Origin: Alcanivorax sp.
GTDB taxonomy: Bacteria; Pseudomonadota; Gammaproteobacteria; Pseudomonadales; Alcanivoracaceae
Reading direction: 5' to 3'
NCBI RefSeq assembly: GCF_051117345.1
Contig: NZ_JBNPEC010000007.1
Span: forward strand, 1-61,915
Length of the DNA: 61,915 nucleotides
The notes under the pieces were generated by a model that worked only from the letters and a program-made list of their open reading frames with translations, searched no databases and was not told where the DNA came from. The stretch's first letter is position 1, and every line of letters starts with the position of its first letter. Both the position numbers and the translations under genes were made by a program. Positions 48,109-59,400 of the stretch are shown piece by piece.

Positions 48109-50076
48109 ATGCCTTCATCCTTTCTGCGGCCCGGGCCATGGCTCCTGGCCTTCCTGCTTTGCATAGCACTGCCCTTGAGCGGCTGTGGTGGTGGCGGAGG
48201 CAGTGCGGCCACCGTACCCAACAACAGCGACTCCCCGGAAGCCAACGCCGGTAACGATACCAATGGCAACACCGGGGACGACGGTGGGTCTGCGGAAGGC
48301 ACAACTCCGCTGAACCTGAGCTGGGGTGAACCCTATCAACGCGACGAGCAATACCCGAACACCGTCGACCTGCCCCAACAGCTGATTACCATGCGCGACG
48401 GCATTCGCCTGTCCGCCACCGTGACCCTGCCGGCGGATGAAAACGGCAATGCCATCGACGGTCAGTTTCCGGTGATTGCCACCTTCACCGGCTACAACCA
48501 GGCGCTCGGCGCCATCGGCGCTGCCGACCCGGCCCTGGTAAAGCGCGGCTACGCCTACATCATCGTCGACCTGCGCGGCACCGGTGCCGCGGAAGGCAGC
48601 TGGCAGGCGTTCAGCCAGATTGATCAGGATGACATGGGTGAACTGCTCGATTACATCAAGACGCAGCCGTGGAGCAACGGCAGCATCGGGATGAACGGCG
48701 CTTCCTATATGGGCATTACCGGCCTGCTCGCCGGTGCCCGGGAAGACCCGGCAGTGAAAGCCATTTTTGCCATTGTCCCCATGGGGGATGCCTACCGGGA
48801 TATCGTTTTTACCGGTGGCCAGATCAATGCCGGCTTCATCCCCCTGTGGGTCACTCTGGTTACCGGGCTGGGCATCATTCCTACCCCAGTCGGGCTGGAT
48901 AACAATGAACCGGGGTATTACCTCAACACCACACTGCAACACCTGCAGGGCGCCCTGACAGAATTCCAGGTGCCGGTAGTGGCTGGCGCCCTGATCGGCG
49001 ATGAAAACAAATACGACACCGAATTCTGGCGTATCCGCTCACCGCTGGAGCAGATCGACAAGATCACCGCGCCGACCTTTGTGGTGGGCGGTCTCAACGA
49101 TATTTTTCAGCGCGGCGAGCCCTTGATCTACGAGGGCCTGAAAGATCACACCACCGCCAAGCTGCTGATTGGCCCCTGGGAACATCTGGACGGATCTTCC
49201 GGCGCCGGACTGCCCGCCGACGGGGTGCCGTCGCTGTCGACTATTCGTCTCGCCTGGTTTGATCAGTACCTGAAAGGCATGGACACCGGCGCCGGCGATT
49301 ACCCGCCTGTCACCCAGTACTACACCGGCGAGGAACGCTACGTCACTGCCGCCGACTGGCCACACCCGGAAGCAAAAGCAGACACCTTTTTCCTCCACGG
49401 CCAGCCCGGCGCCCCGCTGTTCGGCAGCATTTCACCGAGCGCCCCCGTCACCAACACGCAGACCAGCCTGCTGCAGACCCCGGTTAACGGGCTGTGCTCC
49501 GCCAGTGCCAGCCAGTGGACCGCCGGCGTGCTGGGCATGATCCTGCCGCCCTGCAGCGCACAGGACAACGTGGTGAATTTGCTGGAAGCGGTATACACCA
49601 GCGAGCCGCTGGAAGAAGACATGGTTATCAACGGGCCGATCACCGGGCAGATCTGGGCCTCCACCACCGCCCTGGATACCAACGTCACCGTCAGAATCAG
49701 CGTGGTAGGCGAAAACGGCATTGCCAGACCACTCACCCATGGCATTCAGATGGCCTCCATGAGCGCCTTCGATGCCAGCAAATCCCGCTTCATGAATGGC
49801 AAATTGATTCAGCCCTGGCACCCCTTTACGGAAGCCTCCCAGCGAACCATCACGCCACTGCAACCGTTCCGGGCCGATGTGGAAGTGTTCCCCACCAGCG
49901 CCCGGATCAAGGCCGGGGAAAAGCTGCGCATCAGCGTCGGCAGCAGTGATCTGCCACACGGCCTGAGCCCGATCCCGGATCTGCTCACCAGCCTGCTCGG
50001 CGCCATGACCGTCTACAGCACCCCGGCCATGCCGTCGCGGGTGAATATTCCGCTGGTACCCGCCAGCGCACTCTGA
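48109..50076 (+). CDS. CocE/NonD family hydrolase lipoprotein
   Basis: Lipobox LSGC, ITMRDGIRL, VDLRGTG, nucleophile GASYMG, IGPWEH. Confidence 0.9.
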   Translation: MPSSFLRPGPWLLAFLLCIALPLSGCGGGGGSAATVPNNSDSPEANAGNDTNGNTGDDGGSAEGTTPLNLSWGEPYQRDEQYPNTVDLPQQLITMRDGIRLSATVTLPADENGNAIDGQFPVIATFTGYNQALGAIGAADPALVKRGYAYIIVDLRGTGAAEGSWQAFSQIDQDDMGELLDYIKTQPWSNGSIGMNGASYMGITGLLAGAREDPAVKAIFAIVPMGDAYRDIVFTGGQINAGFIPLWVTLVTGLGIIPTPVGLDNNEPGYYLNTTLQHLQGALTEFQVPVVAGALIGDENKYDTEFWRIRSPLEQIDKITAPTFVVGGLNDIFQRGEPLIYEGLKDHTTAKLLIGPWEHLDGSSGAGLPADGVPSLSTIRLAWFDQYLKGMDTGAGDYPPVTQYYTGEERYVTAADWPHPEAKADTFFLHGQPGAPLFGSISPSAPVTNTQTSLLQTPVNGLCSASASQWTAGVLGMILPPCSAQDNVVNLLEAVYTSEPLEEDMVINGPITGQIWASTTALDTNVTVRISVVGENGIARPLTHGIQMASMSAFDASKSRFMNGKLIQPWHPFTEASQRTITPLQPFRADVEVFPTSARIKAGEKLRISVGSSDLPHGLSPIPDLLTSLLGAMTVYSTPAMPSRVNIPLVPASAL

Positions 50077-50085
50077 GTGCATCGC

Positions 50086-50117
50086 CTTCCTGCCGTCGCC
50101 ACAACGACGGCAGGAAG
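50086..50117. terminator. hairpin between convergent genes
   Basis: CTTCCTGCCGTCG-ccacaa-CGACGGCAGGAAG. Confidence 0.6.
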
Positions 50118-50126
50118 TGCCACGCA

Positions 50127-50477
50127 TCATAGATGCTGGAGAATATTCAGCAGCCGACCAAAGGGGTCGCGCACGTAGAATCGTCGCACTCCCCAGGGCT
50201 CACTCACCGGACCATATTCCACGGCCACACCGGCCTGGTGGATTCGTTCCAGCGCCGCATCCAGGTCATCTACCTCAATGGACAGGTCCGGTACCGCCGT
50301 CCCTGAGCCACCTTCCGACCCGACACTCACCTGCACTCTCATGGTTTCCGCTGACCCATAAGTACGAAACCAGCCGTGGTCCATGATCCGTTCCAGCCCC
50401 AGGATGTCACCATAAAAGGCCTCGGCCTTTTCCGGATCCGGGGTGGCCAGGTTGGCCATGATGCGCTTCACTTTCAT
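50127..50477 (-). CDS. VOC/glyoxalase family protein
   Basis: FY.DILGL...MDHGW, EGGSGT.VPDLSIEVDD, EPWGVRRFYVRDPFG; RBS GGAGGGG. Confidence 0.9.
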   Translation of the reverse strand: MKVKRIMANLATPDPEKAEAFYGDILGLERIMDHGWFRTYGSAETMRVQVSVGSEGGSGTAVPDLSIEVDDLDAALERIHQAGVAVEYGPVSEPWGVRRFYVRDPFGRLLNILQHL

Positions 50478-50636
50478 GCCCCCTCCTTGTTTGCTTGCTG
50501 GGCACCACCGAACAGGCCCGGCACCCTCATCTGGCACTCTATTGCATTTCCTTCCATGCTAGAATGAACTCTATTCAATTCCGGCAATCCCATTCCCCCC
50601 CGTCACCGCTAGCGCACCCCATGCGCAGGAGCCCCT

Positions 50637-51833
50637 ATGTCCACCGACTCCGCTCGTCTGCTTCGTCTTTCCCTGGCCCTCGCTCTGGGTGGTTTCGGTA
50701 TCGGCAGCGGCGAGTTCGTCATCATGGGACTGATGCAACGGGTGGCCACCGACCTGCAGGTGCCGGTGCCGGATGTGGGCTATGCCATCAGCAGCTATGC
50801 TCTGGGGGTGGTAGTGGGCGCGCCGCTGATTTCCGCCCTGGCCGCCCGGGTGCCACGGCGAGGCCTGCTGATTATCCTGATGCTGGTGTTTGCGGTGGGC
50901 AACATGGCCAGCGCTCTGGCCACGGACTTCTGGACCTTCGTGGGTCTGCGCTTTCTGGCCGGGCTGCCCCATGGTGCCTACTTCGGCGTGGCCGCCCTGG
51001 TGGCAGCCTCCGCGGTGCCCTATCACATGCGTGCCCGGGCGGTGGCCCGGGTGATGAGCGGGCTGACCATTGCCATCGTGGTGGGCGCGCCGCTGGCCAC
51101 CTGGGCCGGCAACCTGTTTGGCTGGGAGGTGGCCTTTATCGGCGTCGGCGTGATCGCCCTGTGCACCGCCCTGCTGATACGCCTGTGGGTGCCAGCACAA
51201 GCCCCGGACCCGAACGCCAGCCCCCGCCGCGAACTGTCTGCCCTGGTCAAACAGCGGGTGCTGTTCACCCTGGGCGTGGCCAGTATCGGTTTCGGCGGCA
51301 TGTTTGCCGTATTCAGTTATGTCATGCCCACTCTCACCGAGCAGGCCGGCATGGCGGAACGCTGGGGGCCGCTGGTGCTGATGGTGTTCGGCATCGGCAC
51401 CATCATCGGCAACTTTGCCGGTGCCCGTGCTGCCGACGGCAATCTGCTGCGGGCTATTCCGTTGATTCTGATCTGGTGCGCCCTGATTCAGGCAGGCTTC
51501 TTTTTTGCGGCGAACTGGACCGTGGCAGGCATCCTTTTCGTGGGGCTGGTGGGCACCAGCATGGCACTGGGGCCGGCCCTGCAGACCCGTCTGATGGATG
51601 TGGCTGAAGACGCCCAGACCATGGCCGCCTCCATGAACCATGCGGCCTTCAACCTGGCCAATGCCTTAGGTGCCTGGCTGGCTGGCATCACCGTCAAACA
51701 GGGCCTGGCCTGGTCCAGCACCGGCCTGGTGGGCGCGGCACTGGCTATTGGCGGGTTGCTGATCTTTCTGTCCGGGCGGGCGCTGGAAAAGCGCAGCCCG
51801 AAGGCTGCGCCTGCCTCACCCGGCGGGGATTAG
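50637..51833 (+). CDS. MFS transporter (AraJ-like, DHA1)
   Basis: GFGIG.GEF.IMGL, SSYALGVVVGAP, RFLAGLPHGAYFG, NHAAFNLANALGAWL. Confidence 0.9.
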   Translation: MSTDSARLLRLSLALALGGFGIGSGEFVIMGLMQRVATDLQVPVPDVGYAISSYALGVVVGAPLISALAARVPRRGLLIILMLVFAVGNMASALATDFWTFVGLRFLAGLPHGAYFGVAALVAASAVPYHMRARAVARVMSGLTIAIVVGAPLATWAGNLFGWEVAFIGVGVIALCTALLIRLWVPAQAPDPNASPRRELSALVKQRVLFTLGVASIGFGGMFAVFSYVMPTLTEQAGMAERWGPLVLMVFGIGTIIGNFAGARAADGNLLRAIPLILIWCALIQAGFFFAANWTVAGILFVGLVGTSMALGPALQTRLMDVAEDAQTMAASMNHAAFNLANALGAWLAGITVKQGLAWSSTGLVGAALAIGGLLIFLSGRALEKRSPKAAPASPGGD

Positions 51834-52384
51834 AAGCGCTGCAGGAAACCGATGTTGATGGTGGTCAGATCGAAGTCATCATCATCGTCAAGCTGCACCC
51901 ATTCGGCGGTAAGAGCCGTCTCCTCACTGAGATTGACTTCCACCCCGGCACCGTAGGAGGGATCACTGGCAGTACGCTCTTCGGTGTCACGCGCCGTCCC
52001 GAAGAAAGTGCTGACTTCCGTGGTGACTTCTGCAGTGGCAGTGGAATGACCCAACAAAATATAAGGCGCCACCGGCAGACTCCGGTCCAGACCCACCTTC
52101 AGATAGGCACCCACCAGCCATTCAGGATCCAGCGATATCGTGGCTGCGCCATCACTGATATCGTCATCATCGAAGCCATAGCCGAGTCGACCTTCCAGTG
52201 CCACAAAGGGATTGAACTGCATACCGAAACGAGTCTGCAGAGCAGATGGTTCAAGATCATCTCCCCCTGTTTCCTGATTCAACATGTTGTACTGCACGCC
52301 GAAATAACCATCCTGTTGATACACATCCGACGCAAAACCAGGGGCGGCAATAACCAGCAAAGGCAACAGCAATGTTTTTTTCAT
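51830..52384 (-). CDS. small outer-membrane beta-barrel protein (OmpA-like transmembrane domain)
   Basis: Signal peptide, G.QFNPFVALEGRLGYG, YGAGV, terminal Phe; RBS AAGGAG. Confidence 0.82.
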   Translation of the reverse strand: MKKTLLLPLLVIAAPGFASDVYQQDGYFGVQYNMLNQETGGDDLEPSALQTRFGMQFNPFVALEGRLGYGFDDDDISDGAATISLDPEWLVGAYLKVGLDRSLPVAPYILLGHSTATAEVTTEVSTFFGTARDTEERTASDPSYGAGVEVNLSEETALTAEWVQLDDDDDFDLTTINIGFLQRF

Positions 52385-52471
52385 GGTCTCTCCTTGGTTA
52401 ATTTTTTTCGCACATCAAGGGTATCGTTCTGACAGCGGATTGTCATAGGGCACCTGTCGTTATTGCGAAAC

Positions 52472-52500
52472 GAAAAAAAGGCCGCACAACGGTGCGGCCC
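52472..52500 (-). terminator. intrinsic terminator
   Basis: Minus strand GGCCGCA stem, loop, TGCGGCC, then T7. Confidence 0.8.
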
Positions 52501-52868
52501 AACGACCTGTTTCTGCTACTGCAGCGACAGGCTATCGGCATTCATAACACGGGTTTTCCCGGTCAGGAATCAGCGATCAGGTAGAAGAAAACACGGTCAG
52601 CGCATGAACATCATGCTGGTGCGGGGGATAAATCATGGTGGGCTCTCCCAAGTCCATTTGGCAAGATTTTCGGGGCAGCATTGTTGTTTCCCGAAAGCGT
52701 ATCTTTTTCATTATTTCTGCCGTTTTTTGTTTTAGCAGTACTACCGGTGATGTGTTCAATAGAATGCGCTGCTGAGCAAAAACAGACTTTGCGCCAGCGC
52801 ACATTCCCGACCCGAAAATGTGGTTTTTTGTTATCAGAAGGTTCCTTAAGGTGTCTCTGACTAAACCC

Positions 52869-54185
52869 TCAACGTACGCCGGCGGAGAGTGATTCCGGCT
52901 GTACAAACTTTCCGGTAACCGGGAATTGGACTTCTACCAGCAGGCCGCCATGCTCATGGTTCGCCAGGCGAATCTCGCCGTGGTGCATATCCGCGATGCG
53001 CTTGACGATAGCAAGCCCCAGGCCACTACCACTGAGGGTGCGGGCTTTCTCACCGCGCGAAAATGGCTGCAACAACAGGGGAATATCCTCTTCGCGAACG
53101 CCCTTGCCATGATCCCGCACTGTCAGCCGCACCACGTTGTCGGTGACCGCGGTGCGCACCTCCACCGGCGGCGCACCGTACTTGAGCGCATTACCGATCA
53201 GGTTGGCGAGCATGCGTTTCACGGTGAGCCGCTTGAGCATCAGGCGCGGCAGATCCTGCAGCTCAAAACGGATTTTTTCCGCAGGGTATTTTCCGGCCAC
53301 TTCCTGTATCAGGTCGTTGAGGTTTTCCAGATCCGGCTGTTCATCGGCGCCGTCGCGAATAAAGGAAATGAACTGATCAAGAATGGCATCCATGTCCTCG
53401 ATGTCTTCGATAATGCCGTGGGCCAGTTCTTCGTCCTGCATGAATTCCGCCGACAGACGCAACCGCGTCAGCGGCGTACGCAAGTCATGGGATACCCCCG
53501 CCAGTAACAGGGCGCGATCCCGCTGGGCCTGTTGCAGGTCGCTGGTCATGCGGTTGAAGGCCGCGTTCACCGCCTGAATCTCCTCGGGGCCGATACTGGT
53601 ATCCAGCACCGGCACCGCTTCACCTCGACCCACTTTCAAGGCCACCCGGGCCAAACGGCGCAATGGCAGGTTAAGCCCCCTGGCAATCAGCAAACCACCG
53701 ATAATGGCCAGCAACGGCACCGTCACCCCCCAGCCGAGCAGCAGGTAGCGGTCATAGTCGCGGAAGAATTCCATCGGCACCCGCAACCACTGCTTCTGAA
53801 AAGAAGGCGCACTGACCCACAGCACCGGCTGGCGACTGTCCTCCAGCCTTACCGTGACCGGTTCGCGCAGGCGTTCCTGCACCTCTTCCCGGAACCGGCT
53901 GACCACCGGCTGGGATAACAGCACGGTCCCCTGATGCAGGTTGTCCGGGGTGGCCACTTCAATACCGGTGGCGCCGGCCAGTCGCTGGGCCAGGCGGGCG
54001 TCTTCCTCACCGGAGGAGGAAAACGCCAGCTCCGCCTGCAGCACCGTCAGGCGAGCGTATTCACGAATACCGGGCAGGTAGGCGTTGCGGGCGAAGAACC
54101 ACAGGGTCAACGCCTGGCTGATACCGATGACTAGCCCCACCACAATGGCGGAACGGACAAAGGCAGTGCGGGGATAGAGTTTCAT
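52869..54185 (-). CDS. envZ: sensor histidine kinase EnvZ/AmgS
   Basis: 2 [42 protein letters not shown]. Confidence 0.88.
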   Translation of the reverse strand: MKLYPRTAFVRSAIVVGLVIGISQALTLWFFARNAYLPGIREYARLTVLQAELAFSSSGEEDARLAQRLAGATGIEVATPDNLHQGTVLLSQPVVSRFREEVQERLREPVTVRLEDSRQPVLWVSAPSFQKQWLRVPMEFFRDYDRYLLLGWGVTVPLLAIIGGLLIARGLNLPLRRLARVALKVGRGEAVPVLDTSIGPEEIQAVNAAFNRMTSDLQQAQRDRALLLAGVSHDLRTPLTRLRLSAEFMQDEELAHGIIEDIEDMDAILDQFISFIRDGADEQPDLENLNDLIQEVAGKYPAEKIRFELQDLPRLMLKRLTVKRMLANLIGNALKYGAPPVEVRTAVTDNVVRLTVRDHGKGVREEDIPLLLQPFSRGEKARTLSGSGLGLAIVKRIADMHHGEIRLANHEHGGLLVEVQFPVTGKFVQPESLSAGVR

Positions 54186-54190
54186 GGATA

Positions 54191-54280
54191 AATCGCCAGA
54201 GGCCTGACGCTGGACGCCAGACGAAGAAAAGACTCCCTGACTTTAAGCGTCGGGCGTCCAGCGTCAAGCGTGCGGCGTTC
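54191..54280. repeat. inverted heptamer arrays without the conserved core, between ompR and envZ
   Basis: TGACGCT-GGACGCC-AGACGAA ... AGCGTCG-GGCGTCC-AGCGTCA-AGCGTGC-GGCGTTC. Confidence 0.75.
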
Positions 54281-54281
54281 T

Positions 54282-54992
54282 TCAGTCAGGCACAAACACA
54301 TAGCCCACGCCCCACACGGTCTGGATATAGCGAGGCTTGGAGGGGTCGTCTTCCAGCAGGCGGCGCAGGCGCGACACCTGTACATCAATGGAACGTTCCA
54401 TGGCAGACCATTCGCGGCCGCGGGCCAGGCTCATCAGCTTGTCGCGCGTCAACGGCTCGCGCGGATTCTGTATCAGCGCCTTGAGCACGGCGAATTCGCC
54501 GGTGGTCAGATTCTGCGGGTCACCGTCGCGGAGCAGAGTACGGTTGCCCAGATCCAGCTCCCACGGGCCGAAGCTCACCTCGCCTTCTTCCTTGCTCGGC
54601 GCCCCCGGCAGTTCACGCACATGGCGACGCAGCACCGCCCGGATGCGTGCATCAAGCTCGCGGGGGTTGAACGGCTTGGGCAGGTAATCATCGGCTCCGG
54701 CATCCAGCCCTTCAATACGCTCCGCGTCATCGCCCTTGGCGGTGAGCATGATGATCGGCATCCGGTTTTCTGCCTCACGAAGCCGGCGACAGATGGACAA
54801 GCCATCCTCACCGGGCAGCATCAGGTCCAGCACCATCAGCGAATAGAGCTCCCGGGACAGGGCCCGGTCCATCTGTTCCGCATCACCCACTGCCTTCACG
54901 GCATAGCCTGCCTCTTCGAGAAAACGCTGCAGCAGACTGCGCAGACGGGCGTCATCATCGACGACAAGAATTTTGTCCTGTTGTTCTGTCAC
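54282..54992 (-). CDS. ompR: response regulator OmpR/AmgR
   Basis: KILVVDDD.RLR.LL, LDLMLPGEDGLSICRRL, ERSIDVQVSRLRR, YIQTVWG.GYVFVPD; GTG 54992 after GGAGG. Confidence 0.93.
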   Translation of the reverse strand: MTEQQDKILVVDDDARLRSLLQRFLEEAGYAVKAVGDAEQMDRALSRELYSLMVLDLMLPGEDGLSICRRLREAENRMPIIMLTAKGDDAERIEGLDAGADDYLPKPFNPRELDARIRAVLRRHVRELPGAPSKEEGEVSFGPWELDLGNRTLLRDGDPQNLTTGEFAVLKALIQNPREPLTRDKLMSLARGREWSAMERSIDVQVSRLRRLLEDDPSKPRYIQTVWGVGYVFVPD

Positions 54993-55181
54993 GGTGCCTC
55001 CACTAATCGCAGACTCTGATTTACGCGTTGTGGACCGAACGTGCAAGATAATGGCCTGAGCAGATTGTATAAAAACATTGCAGTCTGCGAATCTATGCAT
55101 GGCAACAGTCATAGGCACAACAACAAGAAATCGCTACAGTACGCGACAAATGAGAATGGCTATCAATAAAGGACCCCTCCC

Positions 55182-56486
55182 TTGCGAGACCGCCTGAAAC
55201 AGCTTCCGCCCGTGGCCCTGGTCATCCTGGGGACGATCCTGGCCATTGTGCTGCTGGCCGTATTCAAACCGTCGGCGCCCACCCGCGATGTCAGTGAGCG
55301 CCACGACCGGGTGCGTTTTGTACTGGCCGACCCCGGCGCCCATTCGCCCCAGATTCAGCTATTCGGACGAGTGCAGTCACCCCGTGCCGCCAATCTGACC
55401 GCCGTGGTCACCGCCAACGTGGCAACGATTCCGGTGCGGGCCGGCAGCAAGGTCAGCGCCGGCCAGTTGCTGATCCAGCTGGACGACACCGAGGCGGCCC
55501 TGGCCAGGGACCGGGCCAGGGCCACCCGCGATGAAGCCGCCGCCCAGTTGCAGACCACCCGGCTGCGCTACCAGAGCGACAAGAAGAATCTGGCGCTGGA
55601 AAAGAAGCTGGCGCAGCTTAGCGAGGATAATCTGCAGCGGCTGCAATCCCTGCGTGGCAAGCAACTGGTCTCCCAGACCCAACTGGATCAGGCGGAAGAG
55701 GCCAAGGCGCGAGCCGAACTGTCATTGAGCCAGCGCCAGCTCAGCGTCAGCGATTTCGAGAACGAGCTGGCGCGCATGGAGGCCCGCCTGGCCAGTGCCG
55801 AAGCCCAACTTCAGCAGGCCCAACTGGATCTGACCCGCACCCGCGTGGAAGCCCCCTTCGATGGCACGGTGACGCAAATTCCGGTGGCACCCGGGGAGCG
55901 GGTGCGCCCCGGCGAACCCTTGATCAGTCTGTTTGCCGACGCCGAGCTGGAAGTGCGCGCGCAAATTCCCGAACGTTACCTGGCCGCCGTGCGCGACGGC
56001 CTGGATCAGGGTGAACTGGCCGCCAGCACCGAGCTGGAAGGCCACACCCTGGCGCTGAATCTGAAACGGCTGGCCGGGGAAGCCAGCGATGCCCGTGGCG
56101 GCATTGATGGGCTGTTCGAATTTGTCGACGGCGTTCCCGCCGCGGCCCTGGGCCGCCCGCTGACCATTACCCTGACATTGCCGGCCCGGGAGAACCTGAT
56201 CGCCGTACCCGCCACTGCCCTGCACGGCCTCAACCGGCTCTACATCATTGATGACGCCAACCGCCTGCAGCGGGTGGCGGCGGACATCGTCGGCGAAGCC
56301 ATGGCGCAGGCGCAGTCACAACTGCTGCTTCAGGTCCCGGACCTGCAAGGCGGCGAACGCATCATGACCACCCAGCTGCCCCAGGCCATCGTCGGCCTGC
56401 CAGTGGACCCGCAACCGGTACCGGGCAGCAACGCCGATACCGACGACGCCAATATCGCTCCGGCAGAGGAGTCCACGGGTGAGTGA
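55182..56486 (+). CDS. RND periplasmic adaptor subunit
   Basis: N-terminal TM, lipoyl half-motifs GSKVSAGQLLIQLD and APFDGTV, long coiled coil; TTG start. Confidence 0.85.
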   Translation: MRDRLKQLPPVALVILGTILAIVLLAVFKPSAPTRDVSERHDRVRFVLADPGAHSPQIQLFGRVQSPRAANLTAVVTANVATIPVRAGSKVSAGQLLIQLDDTEAALARDRARATRDEAAAQLQTTRLRYQSDKKNLALEKKLAQLSEDNLQRLQSLRGKQLVSQTQLDQAEEAKARAELSLSQRQLSVSDFENELARMEARLASAEAQLQQAQLDLTRTRVEAPFDGTVTQIPVAPGERVRPGEPLISLFADAELEVRAQIPERYLAAVRDGLDQGELAASTELEGHTLALNLKRLAGEASDARGGIDGLFEFVDGVPAAALGRPLTITLTLPARENLIAVPATALHGLNRLYIIDDANRLQRVAADIVGEAMAQAQSQLLLQVPDLQGGERIMTTQLPQAIVGLPVDPQPVPGSNADTDDANIAPAEESTGE

Positions 56487-59400
56487 GTCGCGGGGTCTGA
56501 TCGCCAGCTTCACCCAGCACAAGGTTGCCTCCAATCTGCTCATGCTGCTGATGGTGATGCTCGGGCTGCTCGGCCTCAACCGGCTCAACACCCAGCTGTT
56601 CCCGAATTTCGATTTTGACTACATCACCGTCACCATCCCCTGGCGCGGCGCCAGCCCCGAGGATGTGCAGCGCTCCATTACCATCCCCGTGGAGCAGGCC
56701 ATCAAGACCCTGCCCAACACCAAGAAACTGATCGCCCGCTCCCAGCAGGGCGCCTCCGCCATCTTTATCGAGCTGGAAGACGGCACCGACCTGGGGCTGG
56801 CCCTGGACGAAGTCCGTCAGCGTATCGACTCCATCCGCAACCTGCCCCAGGACGCGGAGCGCCCGGTAATCCAGAAGATCACCAACTATTCCCTGGTCAC
56901 CTCCATCATGGTGTCCACGCAAAACGGTTCCCTGGAGGAGCTGCGCCCGCTGGTGCGTAACATGGAGGACGAGATCCTTGCCCTGGGGGCCGGCAAGGTG
57001 GAATTCCTCGGCCTGCCGGAAGAGGAAATGGCCATCCAGGTGCCCGCCGCCGCCCTCCATGATCTGCGCATGAGTCTTGGCGAGATCGGCAATCGGGTAC
57101 GCAGTTTCAGCCAGGACATTCCCGCCGGCACCGTGGGCCGGGATGACGCCGCCAAGCAATTACGCGCTCTGGGCCAGCGCCGTGACGAACGGGCCTTCGC
57201 CGATCTCCCCCTGATCACCACCGCCGACGGCCAGCAGCTGAGCCTGGGCGATGTGGCCACCATCGAACGACGCCCCCGGGATGACCAGCCCACCCTCACC
57301 TACCAGGGCAACCCGGCCATCGAACTGCAGGTGATGCGCGGCGAAGACGGCGACATGCTGGAGCTGGCCGACAAGGTGCGCAGCTGGGGGGCCGACTACC
57401 GCACCACCCTCCCGGAAGGCGTACAGATGACCTTCTATTTCGAGGCCTGGAAGCTGGTTCAGGAGCGCATTTCCACCCTGCTGTGGAATGGCATCACCGG
57501 TCTGTTGCTGGTCATCGCCACACTCTACTTCTTCCTCAATGCCCGGGTAGCCTGGTGGGTCACCGTGGGCATCCCGGTGTCGTTCATGGCCACCCTGGGG
57601 CTGGTCTGGCTGTTTGGCGGCACCATCAACATGATCAGCCTGTTCGGCCTGATTCTGGCCCTGGGGATCATCGTCGACGATGCCATTGTGGTGGGCGAGG
57701 ACACCCTCACCCATTTGCAGCAGGGGGAGTCCGCCCAGCGCGCGGCTCTGGGCGGCGCTCGACGGATGTTCTGGCCGGTAGTGGCCTCCAGCACCACCAC
57801 CATTGCCGCCTTCCTGCCACTGGGGATGATGAGCGGCGCCATGGGCAAGATCGCCTTCGATATCCCCTTCGTGATGATCTGCGTGATCCTGGCCTCCCTG
57901 CTGGAATGCTTCCTGGTGCTGCCCGGCCATCTGCATCACAGCTTCCGGGGCATTCAGGTGAAGGCCTCCGGGGTGCGCGAGCGTATCGACGCTGGCTTCA
58001 ACCGGCTCCGTGAGGAGCGTTTCCGGCCATTGGTGGCCTGGGCCATCCGCCATCGGCATCTGGTCAGCGTTTCCGCCGTGTCCGCGTTCATTCTGGCACT
58101 GAGCCTGATCGCCACCGGCTGGCTCAAGTTCACCTTCTTCCCGCCGGTGGATGGCGACCAGCTGCGGGCTGTGGTGGAATTTTCCTCCGGCACCGACCGG
58201 CGCCAGGTGGACCGCTTCCTGGCGCAGCTGGAAAGCGCCCTGAATGACACCAATGAGGAACTGGGCGGCCATCTGGTCAAGACCGTGATCAGCCATCACG
58301 GCGCCGCCGCCGGCTTCCCCAATCCCGGCGGGCGCATGGAAAAATACGGCGACGAATACGGCACCCTGGTGGTGGAAGTCTATGTGGGCGCCGACCGGGA
58401 AATCAGCAACGACGAACTGATGGAAGCCTGGCGGGAGAAACTGACCCTGCCCGCCGGCCTCGACCAGCTCACCATTTCTCAGCCAGAAGCCGGCCCGCCC
58501 GGCAAGCCCATCGAGGTGAAGCTCACCGGCAGCGATGCGCCGACCCTGAAACAGGCCTCCCTGGCGCTGCAGGAACGGCTCAACGATTTCTCCGGAGTCA
58601 GCAACGTGGACGACGACCTGCCCTACGGCAAGGAACAGCTGACCTTTGAACTGACCGCCCGGGGCCGCGCCCTGGGGCTCACCCTCAATGAGGTGGCCAG
58701 CCAGTTACGTGCTGCCTTCGACGGCAACCTGGCCCAGCTCTACAACGAGGAAGACGAGGAAATCGAAGTGCGGGTGATGCTGCCGGACAACGAGCGTCGG
58801 CAATTCAGCGCCCTGGAGCGCATGCCCGTGATCACCCCCCAGGGCGAAGCCATCGCCCTGCGTGACGTGGTCAACTTCGACGCCCGCAAGGGGGTGGATT
58901 TGCTGCGCCGGGTGAATGGCGAACTGGCCGTCACCGTTTACGCCGATCTGGACCCGGAGCAGGGCAACGCCAACGAAATCATCGCCAGCCTCAACGACAG
59001 CACCCTGCCCGACCTGAAAGCCAAATACGGCATCGGCGTCGGCTATGAGGGCAAGCTGCAGGAGCAGGCTGACAACCTCAAGGACATGGCCACCGGCGCC
59101 CTGCTCGGCCTGGCGCTGATCTACGTGGTGCTGGCCTGGGTATTCAGCTCGTACTCCTGGCCCCTGGCCATCATGACCGCCATCTTCTTCGGCCTCACCG
59201 GCGCAGTGATCGGGCATATCCTTACCGCGCCGTTCGGCATCAAGTTCTCCATGTTCTCGGCCATGGGGCTGTTCGGCCTGTCCGGTATTATCGTCAACGA
59301 TTCCATCGTACTGGTGAGTTTCTACCAGCAACTGGTGGCCGAAGGCATGGAACGGTTCCAGGCCATTGTGGAGGCCTGTGTGCGGCGACTGCGGGCGGTG

